Source of the DNA: Octopus vulgaris
Lineage: Eukaryota
Assembly (NCBI GenBank): GCA_951406725.2
Contig: OX597823.1
Span: forward strand, 38,212,001-38,460,000
Reading direction: 5' to 3'
DNA: 248,000 bases
The position numbers were made by a program, and so were the translations under genes. Shown here piece after piece: positions 1 to 14,882 of this stretch (position 1 is the stretch's first letter; each line of letters opens with the position of its first letter). The notes below the pieces were generated by a model. That model worked only from the letters and a program-made list of their open reading frames with translations, was not told where the DNA came from and searched no databases.

Positions 1-355
1 TCTGTCAAGCTGTCCAACCCATGCGAGCTTTGAACATGGATGTTAAATGATGATGATAATGTTGATAACACTGACAAGACCATCACTGATGATGATGACA
101 ATGATGATGACAGAGTGCAATATTATTTTGTAGCCTCTTTTTATTAGTACTGTAATTCTAAGCTACTTCCTCTCTCTGTAAGAGTATTCAAACAAACATT
201 TTTGAAAGTTGGCAATAACCAGTTGAAACTTGTTGAACCATTCCTGGGTTTGACCAGTAGAGAAAACCAAAATGCATTATCCATTAAGTTTATTTATATA
301 GCAAAGCTGAGTGTAGATTTATTAATGTACACATGTGAACTTATGTGTTTGTGTG

Positions 356-396
<41 letters not shown>

Positions 397-426
397 TTTT
401 TTCTCTCCTTGTTTCTTTCTGTGTTC

Positions 427-462
427 CTTTCTGTGGAAGAGCGTAGGCTGGAAACATTAAAG
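427..462 (+). ncRNA. Variant hammerhead-like motif in a short PLE-terminus repeat
   Basis: cttt-CTGTGGA-a-gagc-gtag-gctg-GAAAC-ATT-aaag: stem I cttt/aaag and stem II present, but core CUGUGGA deviates from CUGAnGA. Related copies at 39155-39190 (+) and 189379-189411 (-, core CCGATGA). Confidence 0.4.
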
Positions 463-553
463 ACTTTTTCAATTCCCGAGCGTTATACTAATACATGTTT
501 GTTTTCTACATCACCTGTCTTCGTCTTTTGCTTGTTATTTTCGTGAATCCTCC

Positions 554-599
<46 letters not shown>

Positions 600-1490
600 G
601 TATGTAAATTTAAAGTCTGTGCCAAGTCTTCATTTAAGGCCTGTGATATGCAGAAGACTGACAGGGAGAACTATGCACCATAGATGGAGGAAGCTGGTCA
701 AGGAGGAGGTTGACACTTTTGAGAGAGCACACATATTCTACATGAAGAACTTAAGTATGCTGCTCGAAAGTGCACTGCTGGTGTAGTGAATGGGGAAAGC
801 TTGGTTTGCAATGTTTGCAGTTGTGTATGCTTGTCAAGAGTAGGGCTCATTAGCCACCAACAAAGCCACAAATGCAAAATATAAGTTAGTCCTAGAGCAC
901 ACTATGTTCTTGAAGGTCAGCAATGGTCTTCCTTGGTCATGAGTGGGCGACCATCATCATCATCATATATATATTTTCCCAGATTCTGTACCATATGTAA
1001 TATATATACACCCCTGAACTGGATATTGGTCTGTCAGGATTATTCATTTCTCCCAACAGAGTGAACTTGAGCAAGATAAAATGAAATGTCTTACTCAAGA
1101 ACAAATGTAAACACACACACAGACACACACACATATTAGGTGCAAGAATGATTGTGTGGTTGAGAAGTTTGCATCCCAACTGCATGGTTCCTTGGGCAAG
1201 TGTTTTCTAATATAGCCCTAGGCCAATCAAAGATTTGTGACTGAATCTGGTAGAAGGAAATTGCAGCGTTGTTCATCAGAAAATGGCTGGAAAACATGTT
1301 TAATAAAGAAGAGTTGTTTACTTCATACTCCTCATGAGTCGATTCTACCCATAAGAAAGGAACAAATAATACAAAGTAGTTGTAGGTCATAACATCTGGG
1401 CAACACCGGGGTGCATTGCCAGTATATATATATGTTTAAATATACTTGTAGATATATGTATTTATATATACAGACACGTGTGTGTGTGTA

Positions 1491-1530
<40 letters not shown>

Positions 1531-2166
1531 CACACACACATACACAAATATACACACACATGCTTATGCCTATACCATGCACATACAATCTTGTAATAAC
1601 ACAAAATTAGTGATATGTATATTAAAGTAAAAAGCTTTTATATTTTCATAATTATGAAGTGAATTCTAGAAGAATTGATTATATTTCTAAATCGGACAAT
1701 TCTACAGACTGTTTCAAGTGGTGTATATCAATACTACAATCACATCATTAATATATTCTGCTTATTTGTCTCTCTCACCTCCTCTTTCCCCACCACAGTG
1801 CCAACCTCATTTTTTTTCCTTTTCCTTTTTCTCTAGGTTTATCTTGGGTTGCATTGAAATGCAGAAGATGTGTGTCTGATGCAAATTTATCTTTTAAGCA
1901 TATTTATCTATGTTTGATTTTAAGACTTTTCTTTCCTCATTAGTATATGTATGCATATGGCCATGTATTTGAATGCGTGTGTGTGTGTATATATATATAT
2001 ATGCTTGCACAATTAAATACATAGGTACATATATATATATATATACACACACACTAATACACATGCACACACACACACACACACACATATAAATGCATAT
2101 ATATATATATATAAACATAATACATGTATGCATGCATACATGCATATATATGTGTGTGTGTATATA

Positions 2167-2660
2167 TACAGGGGTTGCACAAAATAATGGAAACACCTTA
2201 AAATTTCAAACAAATTTATTTTAATATTGGGTAGGACTGCTTTGGCAGTAATTACAGTTTGAAGTCTTTGAGGTATGACTTGTACAAAGTTTGAATTGTT
2301 TCCAAAGGAATTTTTGTCCATTCTTCAGCTAAAACAGTCTCCCGCTCTGGTAGTGATGACTGTGGAGGATATCGACTCCTTACTTGTTTTTCTAAAATGA
2401 TCAATAAATGTTCAATAATATTGAGATCTGGGGACTGTGGTGGCCAAATAAGAAGTTCACCTTCACTAGAATGTTCCTTATGCCATTCGGTAACAACTCT
2501 AGCTGTGTGAATTGGTGCATTATCATCCTGAAAGATTGCATTTCCCTCCGAAAACAGTTCCGCAACCATAGGATGAATTTGATTAGATAAAATGCTTAAA
2601 TAGTCTCGACTATTAATTCTACCATGAAGAGAAACCATTGGGCTGGCGAATTTCCAAGAT
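2167..2660 (-). mobile_element. Tc1-family DNA transposon fragment (transposase C-terminus plus one TIR)
   Basis: ORF 2252-2638 contains FQDDNAPIH and WPPQSPDLNIIE. TIR tacaggggttgcacaaaataatggaaacacc also occurs at 72.82 and 195.77 kb. Confidence 0.9.
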
Positions 2661-2939
2661 ATAGCCCCCCCCCCTTTTATACCCTCTTATATCTCTCAAA
2701 CAGGTGCTCTGATGAATGTCAGATATAGTTAAAGGTACCTCATATATAAATATTTAGACATATAATACTTAAACTGCTGTATGTAACCATCCTATTCTCA
2801 TACTCACTTGTTGTCTCTTGCTCTAGATGTTGGTTGGGGTGGGGAGAAACAGTGTACCAAAGTTCTATGCTTGCTGGCAAGTGTTTTCGCAGATATTCTT
2901 CATTTCAGGTGATGACAAAATTTCCACAACTATTTTGCT

Positions 2940-3600
2940 ATCACCACTCCCAAGTACTAAATCTCAGTGTCGCTACTATCAATATTGGCACAATGAAAGG
3001 AAGGAGCAGGGAGATGATTGAAATGCTGGAGCAATGCCATGTTGATGTGTGTAGTGTGCAAGAAATAAGATGGAGTGGAGCCTCAGCTAGATTCCTCATG
3101 GGTAAGAGACAGAGATTCAAATTCTTCTGGATCAGCAGGGAAGATGGAGTAGGTAGTGTAAGCATACCGTTAGCAGAAAAATGGGCAGATAAGGTAATTG
3201 AGGTAGTCAGAGTATGTGATAGGGTAATTACGAAGAGACTTATCATAGGTAAATTAACAGTTACATTTATCTCTGCCTATGGTCCTCAGTTTAGGCTGAG
3301 TGGAAAGACCAATTTTATGAGCCCCTTTTGCAGACCACCTTAAAAAAATGACAGAAATTTGTTATTGTGGCTGGTAACTTCAATGGACAAGTTGGACTGC
3401 ATCCCCATGGATTCCAGGGAGTGCATGGGCTCTGTGGGTTTGGACCTAGAAATAAGGAGGGAACAAGACTGCTGAAGTTCTGTGATGCAAATGATCTCAT
3501 GATCTGCAACACTAACTTAAAAAAAACAGCCAGCCACCTAATCATTTATCAGTCTGGTGAGCACAGAAGCCAGATTGACTACCTCCTCACCAGGCAACAC
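2940..3600 (+). pseudogene. RTE-clade LINE endonuclease fragment
   Basis: ATINIGTMKGRSREM...VQEIRW...AGNFNGQVG...SQIDYLL are APE motifs; interrupted by stops and frameshifts. Confidence 0.85.
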
Positions 3601-4230
3601 GAGAATTGTTTTGGCTGCCATTTTCCCAACAGAAAACAGAATTTCATAGAAGCATGCTGTGACTTCATTTCAGCCATCGCAAAAATCAACGAACAGGTGA
3701 GAAACATTGCAAAACAAAGGTGCACCACATGGCAGTATGACTTCACTCGATGCTGCTGGCTGGCACACTGATGCCTGGGGGTCACATCAAATGGCTTCTC
3801 GTGGTAGAAGCCTGAACTACAATAGACTTGTCCTACAGAGAACATTTCAGGTTACTTTTGGGTATCCCCTCTTATATATATACTCCCCACTTATGTGTGT
3901 GCGCATGTGTGTGTGTGTGCGCGTGTGTGTGTATGTGTGTGTATGTATGTGTGTGTGTGTGTGTGTGCGTGTGTGTGTGTGTGAATAATAATATAACATG
4001 AGGATAGAAGTTACATATGTATAAACACACACACATCATCATCATCATCATCATCTACATATCTATAAATAAATATATACAAATATATACAAGGGGGTAC
4101 CCAAAAGAAACCGGAATTTTGCAGTATTACTTTATTCACTTCGTTTTACATGTTTACACTTTTATTGCCTTCAAAGTATTCTCCAGTTGAAGCAGTGCAC
4201 CAGTTCAGCAATGTGAATCATGATATATGT
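3590..4230 (-). mobile_element. Mariner fragments (N-terminus plus TIRs), same family as 217.7-219.0 kb
   Basis: QHASMKFCFLLGK on the minus strand; TIRs ttacttttgggtatcccct (3853) and tacaagggggtacccaaaagaaacc (4089). Confidence 0.75.
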
Positions 4231-7200
4231 TTCTGCACTCCACATCAACTTTAAGTTGCTGGGTTCATATTCATATAGCATTATGTAAGATTACTCTTAA
4301 TAATTACTATGTATTTGAATATTGTTCAGCAACAGCTGTCTGTGGGTGCTTCATTGGGTGAAGTCCAATTAAGAACTGCTTAATTTTTCTGAATTTACCA
4401 TGTACAATACTTTCCATCTATCAAATAATTACATTCCAGTGGTAGGTGGTGTTTATGAATAACAAACTGAAAAACTCATCACATTAATGGCAACAACAAT
4501 AACTGTGTAACAGTTAATAAAATGGTTAATATTTTCTTCAGACTTTGCTTTTGTTACATTTATTCAAATCCCAAAGAATTTCTCTCAACACATGGCTATT
4601 ATACTCCCCCACAATTCCTGCTAATGATCAAAGATGCATATATTGTCAGCCACTGAGGGATATGCTCAAGTGGTTAAGGTCAAGCAAGTGACATGTATAT
4701 TTGTAGTATTGAGCAGAATATTTGCTAAAACGATATTTCTGCTTCAGCAACTCAGTACTTAATCTGTCTGAATTGTAATGGAAAATAAGTCAGTTTCAAA
4801 AGATTGATCTACAGGTCACAAAAGCAAAGTTTGAAGGGAATAGTAGTAATTTCATTTGATTTCTATATAGAATCAAATAGGAAATAACACTTACTGAACA
4901 AAGACAAAAATAAATAAATAAAAATTTTGTTACACAGTGTAATACTGACAATAACTAAGACAATGTGTCCTTACAATAACTAAGACAATGTGTCCTTCAT
5001 GTTACCTACTGTGGTGAAGAAAGAGAAAGCAACAAAGTAAAAAAAACTTATTTAAATGATAATATTGATCAAGTGAATAGTAGAGATAAAAACAAAAACA
5101 AAAACAAAATATGATTAAAACTTAGGATGACTTTTTATGCATGTAAGAAGAAGTATGTTAACAGGCCTAAAACGAATAAAGCTTTCAAGTAATCCTTTGA
5201 GATTTATGTTATTTTTTATGACCCACAATGTCTTTTGATTTCTTTCTCATCATCGTCATGCTACACTTGCTTTTACTAAGTCAACCTTACTTCATGTTTT
5301 GACCTCCTTTGCCTATTTCATTACACGACTTTTTAATTTATTATTTTTTGCTTTCCAAATGTTAAAAAGTTTTACTGGTTACCCTAATATACTTCCTCCT
5401 AAAATAATGTTATCCAGTTTAGCTGCTCTTTCTAGTAAAACCTTAAACCTCCCCTAGATTGTTTCTCTCTTGTGATTTGACACTTTGTGTATGTATTCAT
5501 GATCATTGGTGATCCCAATCGACATTTATGAATGAATTACAACCTGTTATTTAAAACTTACTAACCTATATACTTACTGGCTTAAACATACATTACGAGG
5601 TTTTTACTCAAAACACACTAAGCATGTATATATATCATAATGGGGAAGGCTGGTTTCTGGGGTTACCCTGGGTTTCTCGCTCACAAGGAGTTTAGCCTTA
5701 CAATGTATCTTCAGACCCCAATCATATAGTTATGAATGTATAGCTGCAGGCACACTGTGTGGTTGAAAAGCTTGCTACTTAACCACATGGTCTTGGGTTC
5801 AATCTCATTGCATAGCATCTTGGGCAAATGTCTTCTACTAAAGCCTTTGAATTGCCAAAGCCTTCACAGTGGGTTTCATAGTACACACACACACACACAC
5901 ACACACATACAAGGAAGTTATTTTATTGCATATGAGTAGAAATATAGAAAACAAGAAGTTGAAAATGCACTGGGAGTGTTTTAGATGGTTTATTTTTAAG
6001 GCTTAACTTGTTTCACAGATTTTTTTGATTTTTAAAAATTAAGTGAGATAGAAAAATATGGGGCTATGCTGCAACTGTCTTGCTTCTGAATAGTGTTTGA
6101 AAATTTTCTTGTTTTTATTGAGAGGACATAGCTCAAATTAGTATTTGTTTAGAATACAATTTGATTGGCAGAGGAAGATCACACGATTAAAGTTCCCTAC
6201 TATGTCGGTGCATTAATGTCATGTGACAATATTTTTTTGTGCCACACCAACAGTTAAAAAGTATGATTGCTCTAAATGCGGACTTGCATTAACCTCATTG
6301 AAGACAAAACATATAGATTTAAATTAGAACAGATTCTTACTATGAAATATCATTTTACCTGTTCACCAAAAACTTCATCGTCAATAAATACAAGACCCTA
6401 GTACCAGACAGATTCCACTGAGTCTGCACATAGGCATATGTGCAAAAAGTAAGTCCCCCAGATTAAAAATCTTCCCACTTTACCATTTTTCAGTCAATAC
6501 CATAGATCAAACATGAATAAATAAAAAATAATAATCATGCAAAATTTCAAACCACAACTGAATAAACTTTAACAATTTGCATTCACCAACAACTACTCAC
6601 ACACAAACTCATTCTGCCACTTGATATGTTGAATTTTTTCACAACTAACAATGTAAACTTTGGGCACAGTCATGACATTTTCTCGCATGACACTAATGCA
6701 TGAATTTAGTGGAGAACAAAATTTTAAGCCAACCTACATACCTACATACACAGAAATCATATTCATAGAAACAACTAGTGTCTAGTTACTACTTGACTGA
6801 TTACATTTAGAGGGTCTCAATTGTTTAGGACTGTCTCTAGATATGTTCACTCAACTGTATCAGCCTTAATTTTCAAAAAATATTGTCACATGACATTAAC
6901 ACAAACAATTTCTAAGCCTAATCACTTGATCATCCTCTGCAAATCAGATTGTATCCTGAATGGATACTAATTTGAGCCATGTTCTCTCCATAAAAACCAG
7001 AGAATTTTTGAACTCTAGTCAAAAGCAAGACATTTGCAACAAAGCTGCATGTCTTTCTACCTCGTTTTTGAAAATAAACCATCTAAAAGATCCCCAGTGC
7101 ATTTTCAACTTCTTTTTTTCTCCCTGATACACATATTAATCAAAGTGTACAGTACAATCAATTCTACAATTCACTTTCACACTGGGGATTCAACCAGATG

Positions 7201-7338
7201 TTAGATAACAGTCTGATTATGTAACCTTGTGTTCATCAGAGTTGACAGTTACAGAAGAGAATATGGTGATTACACTCTGTTATACATAGATAAATATATG
7301 TAGATACATATACATACATTCATACATTCATATATATA

Positions 7339-7403
<65 letters not shown>

Positions 7404-7515
7404 CATCATTGACATCATCATCATTTAGCCTCTATGGTTTGGATGGCTTGACAGGAAATGGCTGCATTGAGTTTCATGGTCTGTTGTATATGTGTATATA
7501 TATACATATATGAAG

Positions 7516-8365
7516 AAAGAAATGGAGTTAAATGCAGGTGTTATTCAAATCTTTATACTTTCGACATATTTTGAAGAAAACATTGATATTATTCCAGAGG
7601 GAATAAAATGATGTAAAACAATGCGATCTTCTCATCAGGGGAAAAAAGAAACAATATACATCAACAAGCCATTTACACCAAATGTGATGACTGTGTATAT
7701 GATGACTGTGTATATGATGACGGGAACACTGGCAAGTTAATCTTAAAAATAAACCCTTAATAGATTTAATATCAAATGCAATTTAGAGAAAGAGAAGGAG
7801 GAGAAAGAAAGAAAATAGCAGAAATGTAGTGTGATAGATGAATAGGAATAAAGTTTAAAGGTGTGGAAATAGATATATTTAGTGGAAATGAAATATAAGA
7901 AGTCAGTTAAAGGTCAAATTTTATAGATTGGTAGATGGCTATAAGTAATTTCTACCAATCTATAAAATTCGACCTTTAACTATCTTCTTACATTTCATTT
8001 CCACTAAATATATCTATTTCCACACCTTTAAACTTTATTCCTATTCATTTATGACACTACATTTCTCCACTCTTAGTTTTCTGCTATTTTCTTTCTTTCT
8101 CCTCCTCTTTCTCTAAATTACATTTGACATTAAATCTATTAACAGTTTTTTAAAAAATAACTTGCCAGTGTTCCCTTCATTGTATATGCAGTCATCACAT
8201 TCGGTGAAAATGGCTTATTGATGTGTGTTGTTTCTTTTTTCCCTGATGAGAAGATCGCATTGTTTTACATCATTTTATTCCTTTTGGAATAATATCAATG
8301 TTTTCTTCAAAATATGTTGGAAGTATAAAGATTTAAATAACACCTGCATTTAACTCCATTTCTTT
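7516..8365. repeat. ~850 bp imperfect palindrome (fold-back), PLE-terminus-like, with a degenerate HHR in each arm
   Basis: Left arm agaaatggagttaaatgcaggtg... is mirrored by ...cacctgcatttaactccatttct; centre near 7940. CTGATGA-gaag at 8243 (+) and its complement at 7632. Confidence 0.85.
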
Positions 8366-8887
8366 ATTTATCTGTTATACAAAAACATTTCACTAAACCC
8401 TGGAATTTCTGCCTTTATAAGTAGGCTGTAACATCCTTGGTACTTATGTGAATTTTTTGCTACCCTGGTTAGAAGACTGCTGTAGATTGTGGTACGTTGT
8501 ATTCAGTTCTCAAGCGTAAGCTCATGTGGAACTCAAATTCCCTCTTTGCATGTTTTCCCAATTTGCTTGAGATGTTCATGAATAGTTGAGCATGACACAT
8601 TAAATTTTTGCACCAAATCTCTGGCACTTTGACATTGTTCCAGTACAATAGTCTCATTCAAAAGGTCAGAGTGGGTTGTCTTCCAGAGTGAGGATTGTCA
8701 GATATGACACAATCACCATCTTTAAACCTTTTTAAAACTCAGATGACATGTACAAGCTTTCACTGCATCTGGATACACTTCACAAATGTTTTTCATTGCC
8801 TCTGTAATGGTATTTTTCTTTTGAAACTCATACAGTAAACAATGGAAAATATGTTGTTTGATAAAATTCTTATATATATATATATAT

Positions 8888-10015
8888 ACTTTGATACTTT
8901 GATAGGTTTCGGCCATCATTGGCCCAGGCCATGTCTAACTTAATAGCACCACCTGGTGAAGTCTTTCAAGTTGAATTTGGGCACTATGGCCCACTCAAAT
9001 AGAGAGTTATTGTTTACAGAGACATATCCGGGTGTAGGGGGTTTATCCGGGATTTCTTGAAGGAATCTGTCCAAAGACTTCTTGAACCCTATAGGGTCAG
9101 TTTCTATTTTAATGTGTTTTGGTGTAATGTTAGAGAGCGGGGCCAATTGAGGTGAAATAATTGTGCCGTATTGTTGTTATGAGATGAGAGTGCGATTTTT
9201 GTTTTGGGCGGATGGCACGGGGCCCAAGCCTTGGATGTACCTTGAAGGTGATGCCAACATCATTTGGGCAATGCTGATGGAATATTTTCCACATCATGCA
9301 GATGATGTAGCGCTCACGACGACGTTGGAAAGAATAGAGTTTTAGCTTTTCTAGTCGACCCCAATAGTCGAGGCCTGTCATGCCATCTATCTTTTTTGTG
9401 ATTGCCCTTTGAGGTGCTTCAACTTTTATGATACCTTGTATTGTGTGGGGAGACCACAGTGGACAACAGTATTCAAGGTGGGGTCGGGCAAAAGTGGAGA
9501 AGAGAAGGATAATGGTGTGGATATCTCTCGACTGGAAAGTTCTGAGAATCCAGGAACACATTCTGCGGGCCATGTCAACTTTGGTGTTTATATGAGTGGC
9601 CCAGCTTATGTTGTTGTCCACAATTACTCCCAAGTCTCTGATGTTGTTGGACGCCGCGAGAGTTTCACCTGAAGGAAGGGAGTATGGGAGTTTCAGGGCA
9701 TCCTCTTTTCCAAAGTGGATTAGCTCAAATTTATCCTCGTTCAGCAGCATATTGTTTTTTTCTGCCCATTGGATAACAGCCAGTAGATCTGACTGAAGGC
9801 ATGTCCGGTCACTCGCCTCAATTATGACCTTCTGTAGCTTGGAGTCATCTGCAAAGATTTTTATGTTGCTGTGCTTGATGATGTCATTAATATCATTAAT
9901 GTAAATGATGAAAAGAAGTGGGCCCAGCACAGTGCCTTGCGGAACGCCACTACTGACTTTGGCTGGGCTTGATTTTACCCCTTCAACTACAACATGTTGA
10001 GATCTGTCTGTCAGG

Positions 10016-10017
<2 letters not shown>
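8888..10017 (-). mobile_element. 5'-truncated CR1/L2-type LINE (RT C-terminal half) inserted in (TA)n
   Basis: [46 protein letters not shown]; tail (atcaaagt)2; TA arrays on both sides. Confidence 0.9.
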
Positions 10018-10053
<36 letters not shown>

Positions 10054-10129
10054 CAAAAACTGTCCGATGAATGGCAACGGGAAACTCAGAGTAACAGGTT
10101 TTGTTGAATTTTCTGCTGCTTTAAATAAA

Positions 10130-10221
<92 letters not shown>

Positions 10222-11611
10222 ATATATATACACATATTCTAGCATACATGCACTGAGCTTCTTTCAGTTTCTGTCTACCACATTCACTCACGTGGCTTTG
10301 ATTCACCTGGGGCTACAATAGATGCTCGCCCAGATGCCACATATTGAAACTGAACCTGAAACCAGGTATGGGAAGCAAATTTCTTAGCCAAACAGCCATC
10401 CCTCAATATCTATGATAACTGTATTGTCAAATTCTTTCATTGTAAGAGTGTTGGAAAGGCCGTTCTCTGGTGTGAGCAAAGTTCATGGTAGTCAGTAGGT
10501 TGAAAGAAAGTAGAGATCCAGCAAAGATTTCTTGGTGCTTGGACGTTTGTATGATAATCTTTTGTGAGGTAGGATCTTGAGAATTGTTTTATCTGGCAAG
10601 AAAGATATGAAAAGCTACAGTCAATCAAACATAGCCATCAAGAACTAAATGTATGCAAGTAAAAGGAGACAAACCACAAAAACTTGAGTTTATAGTTTTT
10701 AATTTCCCTAGCAAACATGAATTCACATTTATCTTCTGTTGCATATCTGAGATTAAGGCTTCATATTATGTAAGACATCATTAATGAAAATGGCCTGGTC
10801 TCTTAATCTAGTGCATATATTTACAAAGATAAACAGTATCCATCTTTTTTCACTTAAAAAACCCCACCATCAATATTAATCTTTTTAACAAATAAACATC
10901 CAAAATATGATAATTTCTCTTCAGATTGGTACAAAAGCAAAGATTTACTGAACTGTTGGTAGAATCAATTGAATCAATCACTGCATCTTATTGTAAATTA
11001 TTATTTTATTGATCTTAGAAGCAAGGAAGACAAAATCAAAAGATAGTGTGAGGTTAGAAATAAATTTCCTTTGTAAAGACATGCCAGAGTGAACTGACTG
11101 ACTAAATCCCCAGTTTATCCTTAAAGTGATCAACTTGATAGAAATACTGAGATAAGATAAGGTTGCTTGGAAATAGGTTGTTATGTAAGATAGCTTGAAG
11201 TGAGAATTATGATGAGGATGATGATGGTGGTGGTGGTGGTGGTGGTGGTGGTGATAATGATAGTAACAATTTCAATGACAATGACAATGCTACTGCTGCT
11301 GCTGCTACTACTGCTGCTACTGCTGATGCTACCACCACTGATGTTGATGATGATGACAGTTACAAAGAATAAATGAAAAACAGAAGACTGGTAAAAACTG
11401 TCAGGAATTACATTTGGGAATTTTTGTTCTATTACTTGTGGAAGAGGGAAACCCAAGAAGTCCTTGTGTTCGTGTTTGTCGTGCCATAATCACTTGACAA
11501 CCAGTGTTGGTTTGCATATGTCCTTGTAACTTAACAGTTCAACAAAAGAGAATAAGTACTAGATTTCAAAGTAATATAAGTACTGGGATTGATTCGTTTG
11601 ACTAAAACCTT

Positions 11612-12779
11612 CATCATCATCATCATCATCATCATTTAGTGTCTGTTGTCCATGCTGGCATGGGCTAAATGGTTTGACCAGGGATGGTAAGCTGAGAGGC
11701 TGCACCAGACCCTAGTTTGATTTGGCATGGCTTCTATGGCTGCTAGAGTGTAATGGGTGCTTTTATGGGTATCAGTTTGCATGACACCAATATCTGCCTG
11801 GCTTGATAGGTCTGCTTCTCAAGCACAGCATATTGCCAGAGGTCTTGGTCATTTGCCATTGCCTCCGTGAGGCCCAGCACTCAGAAGGTGCTTTTTACGT
11901 ACCACTGGCACAGGTGCTATTTACCCAACACCAGCATTGGCCACATTGCCTCTATGAGGCCCAATACTTGAAAGGTGCTTTTTATGTGCTACCAGCATGG
12001 ATGCCAGTTAAGTGAGACTAACAACGACCACGGCTATGATTTCACTTGGCTTAATGGGTCTTCTCAAGCATAGCATATCGCCAAAGGTCTCAGTCACTAG
12101 TCATTGACTCCATGAGGCCCAACGCTTAAAGATCATGCTTCACCACCTTGTCCCATGCCTTCTTGGGTCTCCCTCTTCCACAGCTTCCTTCCACTAGTGG
12201 AGATCACCACTTCTTCACACAACTGTCCACATCCATATGCATCACCTGACTAAACCAATGCAGTCGTCTCTATTTTACACCACATCTGATGCCTGTTATG
12301 CCCAGCTTTTCTCTGTCGAACATACACACTGACAATACACATCCAGTGAAGCATGCTAGCCTAATTTCTTTCAAGCTTACACATGTCCTCAGCAGTTGCA
12401 GCCCATGTTTCACTGCTGTGTAACATGACTGTTTGCACACAGAGATCATACAAGCTGTCTTTCGCTCTGAGGGAGAGGCACTTTGTTACCAACAAGGTAG
12501 GGGTTCTCTGAACTTTACCAACCTATTCTTATTCTAGCAGCTCTGCTCTCAGAGATAACAGAAATTATCAACTACTTCTAGTTTTCCCCTTTGGAATTTG
12601 ATGGGACCTATGTTTTGCACGTTTTTAATGTTAATTGTACCTGTGCACCTACCACACACCAAAACTATTTTCCCTGTTAAGCTTCCTCTGATATTGCTGC
12701 ACCTCTTATGTATCCATAGCTTACACTGGGTACATCTTACGGAATTTCTACCTACGCCTTTCCTTATATACGCATATGC

Positions 12780-12780
<1 letters not shown>
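11612..12780 (-). mobile_element. RTE LINE 3' fragment with (GAT)n tail
   Basis: RKGVGRNSVRCTQCKLWIHKRCS motif; recurrent RTE 3' UTR ending ...aacccatgccagcatgga...gatgatg. Confidence 0.85.
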
Positions 12781-12876
<96 letters not shown>

Positions 12877-12878
<2 letters not shown>

Positions 12879-13896
12879 CTATGAAGGTTCAATCTAAGGA
12901 CAGTTGGCCGGCGACCTACTTTGGAATATATCCATTGTTCTGCCAGTTGCGGGTTGATTAATTAGCTCTGGGTAGACCTGCGACCCCTTTCGGGTGGACT
13001 GAAGTTCGTTCTAAATACCCCTTGAAGAAGAGGAAGAAGAAAGTAGTGAGAAAGACAGAGTAAGGGATCTGAGAGCTGTCATGAGAGAGTGACAGCAACA
13101 GCGTCGATGAAGATAGGCAGATAGGGCTGAGAGCAGATAGAGAGAGTATTTGCAGTGCTAAGACAGATTGAGGGTGGTGAGAGAGCAAGAGGTTTTACAC
13201 AGTCGGTTTTTGGGAGTCAAGGCGAGCGGTTGGAATTTAGGCAGTCGGCAGTTGTGGAGTATTGGGACAGAGAGAGATATATACAGAGGAATAGGCGGCT
13301 GATAGAAAGGAAGTACAATATGAGGCGTTGGCTAATGTAAGGTACGTGAATTGTGTATTGATATGTGAAGAAAAAGAAGGAAAAGGAATTGATGTATCGA
13401 AATGTTGAAAAGAAATGAGACAGTAAAAAGGAATTTAATGAACAATGTGAATTGAGTAAAGGACTTGTTGATGTGTCGATTATCGAGTTGTGGTATTTAT
13501 GTTCAGAATTGTGTTGATACTTGTTACAAAAGAAAGTAGAAAAAGACTTTAAAGAACTGTGAACGTTATTTGTTTAATTGGATTTGAACATTGATTTGTA
13601 ACGTGAATTATTTGTGACATGAACATTGTATACCTGTTTCTTGCATGTGTTTTCTTTAATTGATGATGTTATTGAACTTGATGTGTTGTTACCGGACAGT
13701 TATATTGTATCTGCATGTTGTTAAATGCTTTGATCTGTGGTATACCTGTATGATGTATTGAGTTGTTACTTGCATGTCCTCTTTTAAATGTACCTGATAT
13801 GTATTTGATGTTGTAACGATTGATTGTCATAAACTAGTGTTAATGTAAGCCAATTGCCTTGCCTCTTTGTGTCTCTCTCGATTGCCTCTGTGCTGC

Positions 13897-13941
<45 letters not shown>

Positions 13942-14018
13942 ATCTCTCCTCTCCTTTCTGAGTTTCCGTGGCGAAAACATTCGCTGATCGCCTGAGCGAC
14001 GGCAGGTGGTCCGTAACA
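12877..14018. mobile_element. Solo LTR (probably Gypsy-type), ~1.14 kb
   Basis: Begins TG (tgctatgaa) and ends CA (tccgtaaca; reverse complement tgttacgga, matching the start after CpG decay). ATAT on both flanks is consistent with a 4-bp TSD. More GC/CpG-rich than its surroundings. Confidence 0.65.
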
Positions 14019-14801
14019 ATATATATATATACTATTTTCATATTTTTATTACTTGCTCTAGCTGTTTTTTTATGAATATGATGAATCTTTATTAGAAATC
14101 AGTCTTTCTCTCTTTTTGGACCTATCAAAAAGTTTGAATTGTTCTCTTCTGAACTTACTTTTTCCCTATATATATATGTCAGTTTCTGCCTACCAAATCC
14201 ACTCACAAGGCTTTGGTCAGCCCAAGGCTATAGTAGAATACACTTGCCCAAGGTGAACCTAGAACCATGTGTTTGGGAAGCAAGCTTCTTACCATACAGC
14301 TATGCCTATGTTGTGCTACAGAAGATTCCTAATTATTATCTATGTTGTGTCTTGGATTGTGTTCCATTAAGTTATTTATATGTATACATTTAAATATAAA
14401 TAATATAAGTTAACAAGAATATATGAAAGCTCAAATAAATATTGGCATGGTCATTGATGTCTTCACACCCAACCTGCCAAATATTGTGAATTACCAATGG
14501 AGAATATATTACTAAACTGCTTGCTAACATGATGAGGTCATTGTGTAATTGCTAAACCTGCTCAGTCAGGAGGTGTTACTTCAATTATTGAAGATCATTT
14601 TATTGATAATTGGCAGTGTTGATGAATTTTCATGTCTTATGTTATTAAGTGATTACTGAGTGAACCAATGAGAGAGAGAGTGAGAGTATGTGTGTGTGTG
14701 AGAGAGAGAGAGAGAGACAGAGAGCTAGCTTCTCACAAATTCTTGACTTACTAGAAGTCACAGCTACTTTCTTTAATCAAGAAGGATACAGTATATCTAT
14801 C

Positions 14802-14882
<81 letters not shown>

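Noticed and set aside
9130-10245. 371-aa ORF read as a complete gene
   Set aside because: The N-terminal ~75 aa are microsatellite read-through; only 10017 downward is a truncated LINE RT.
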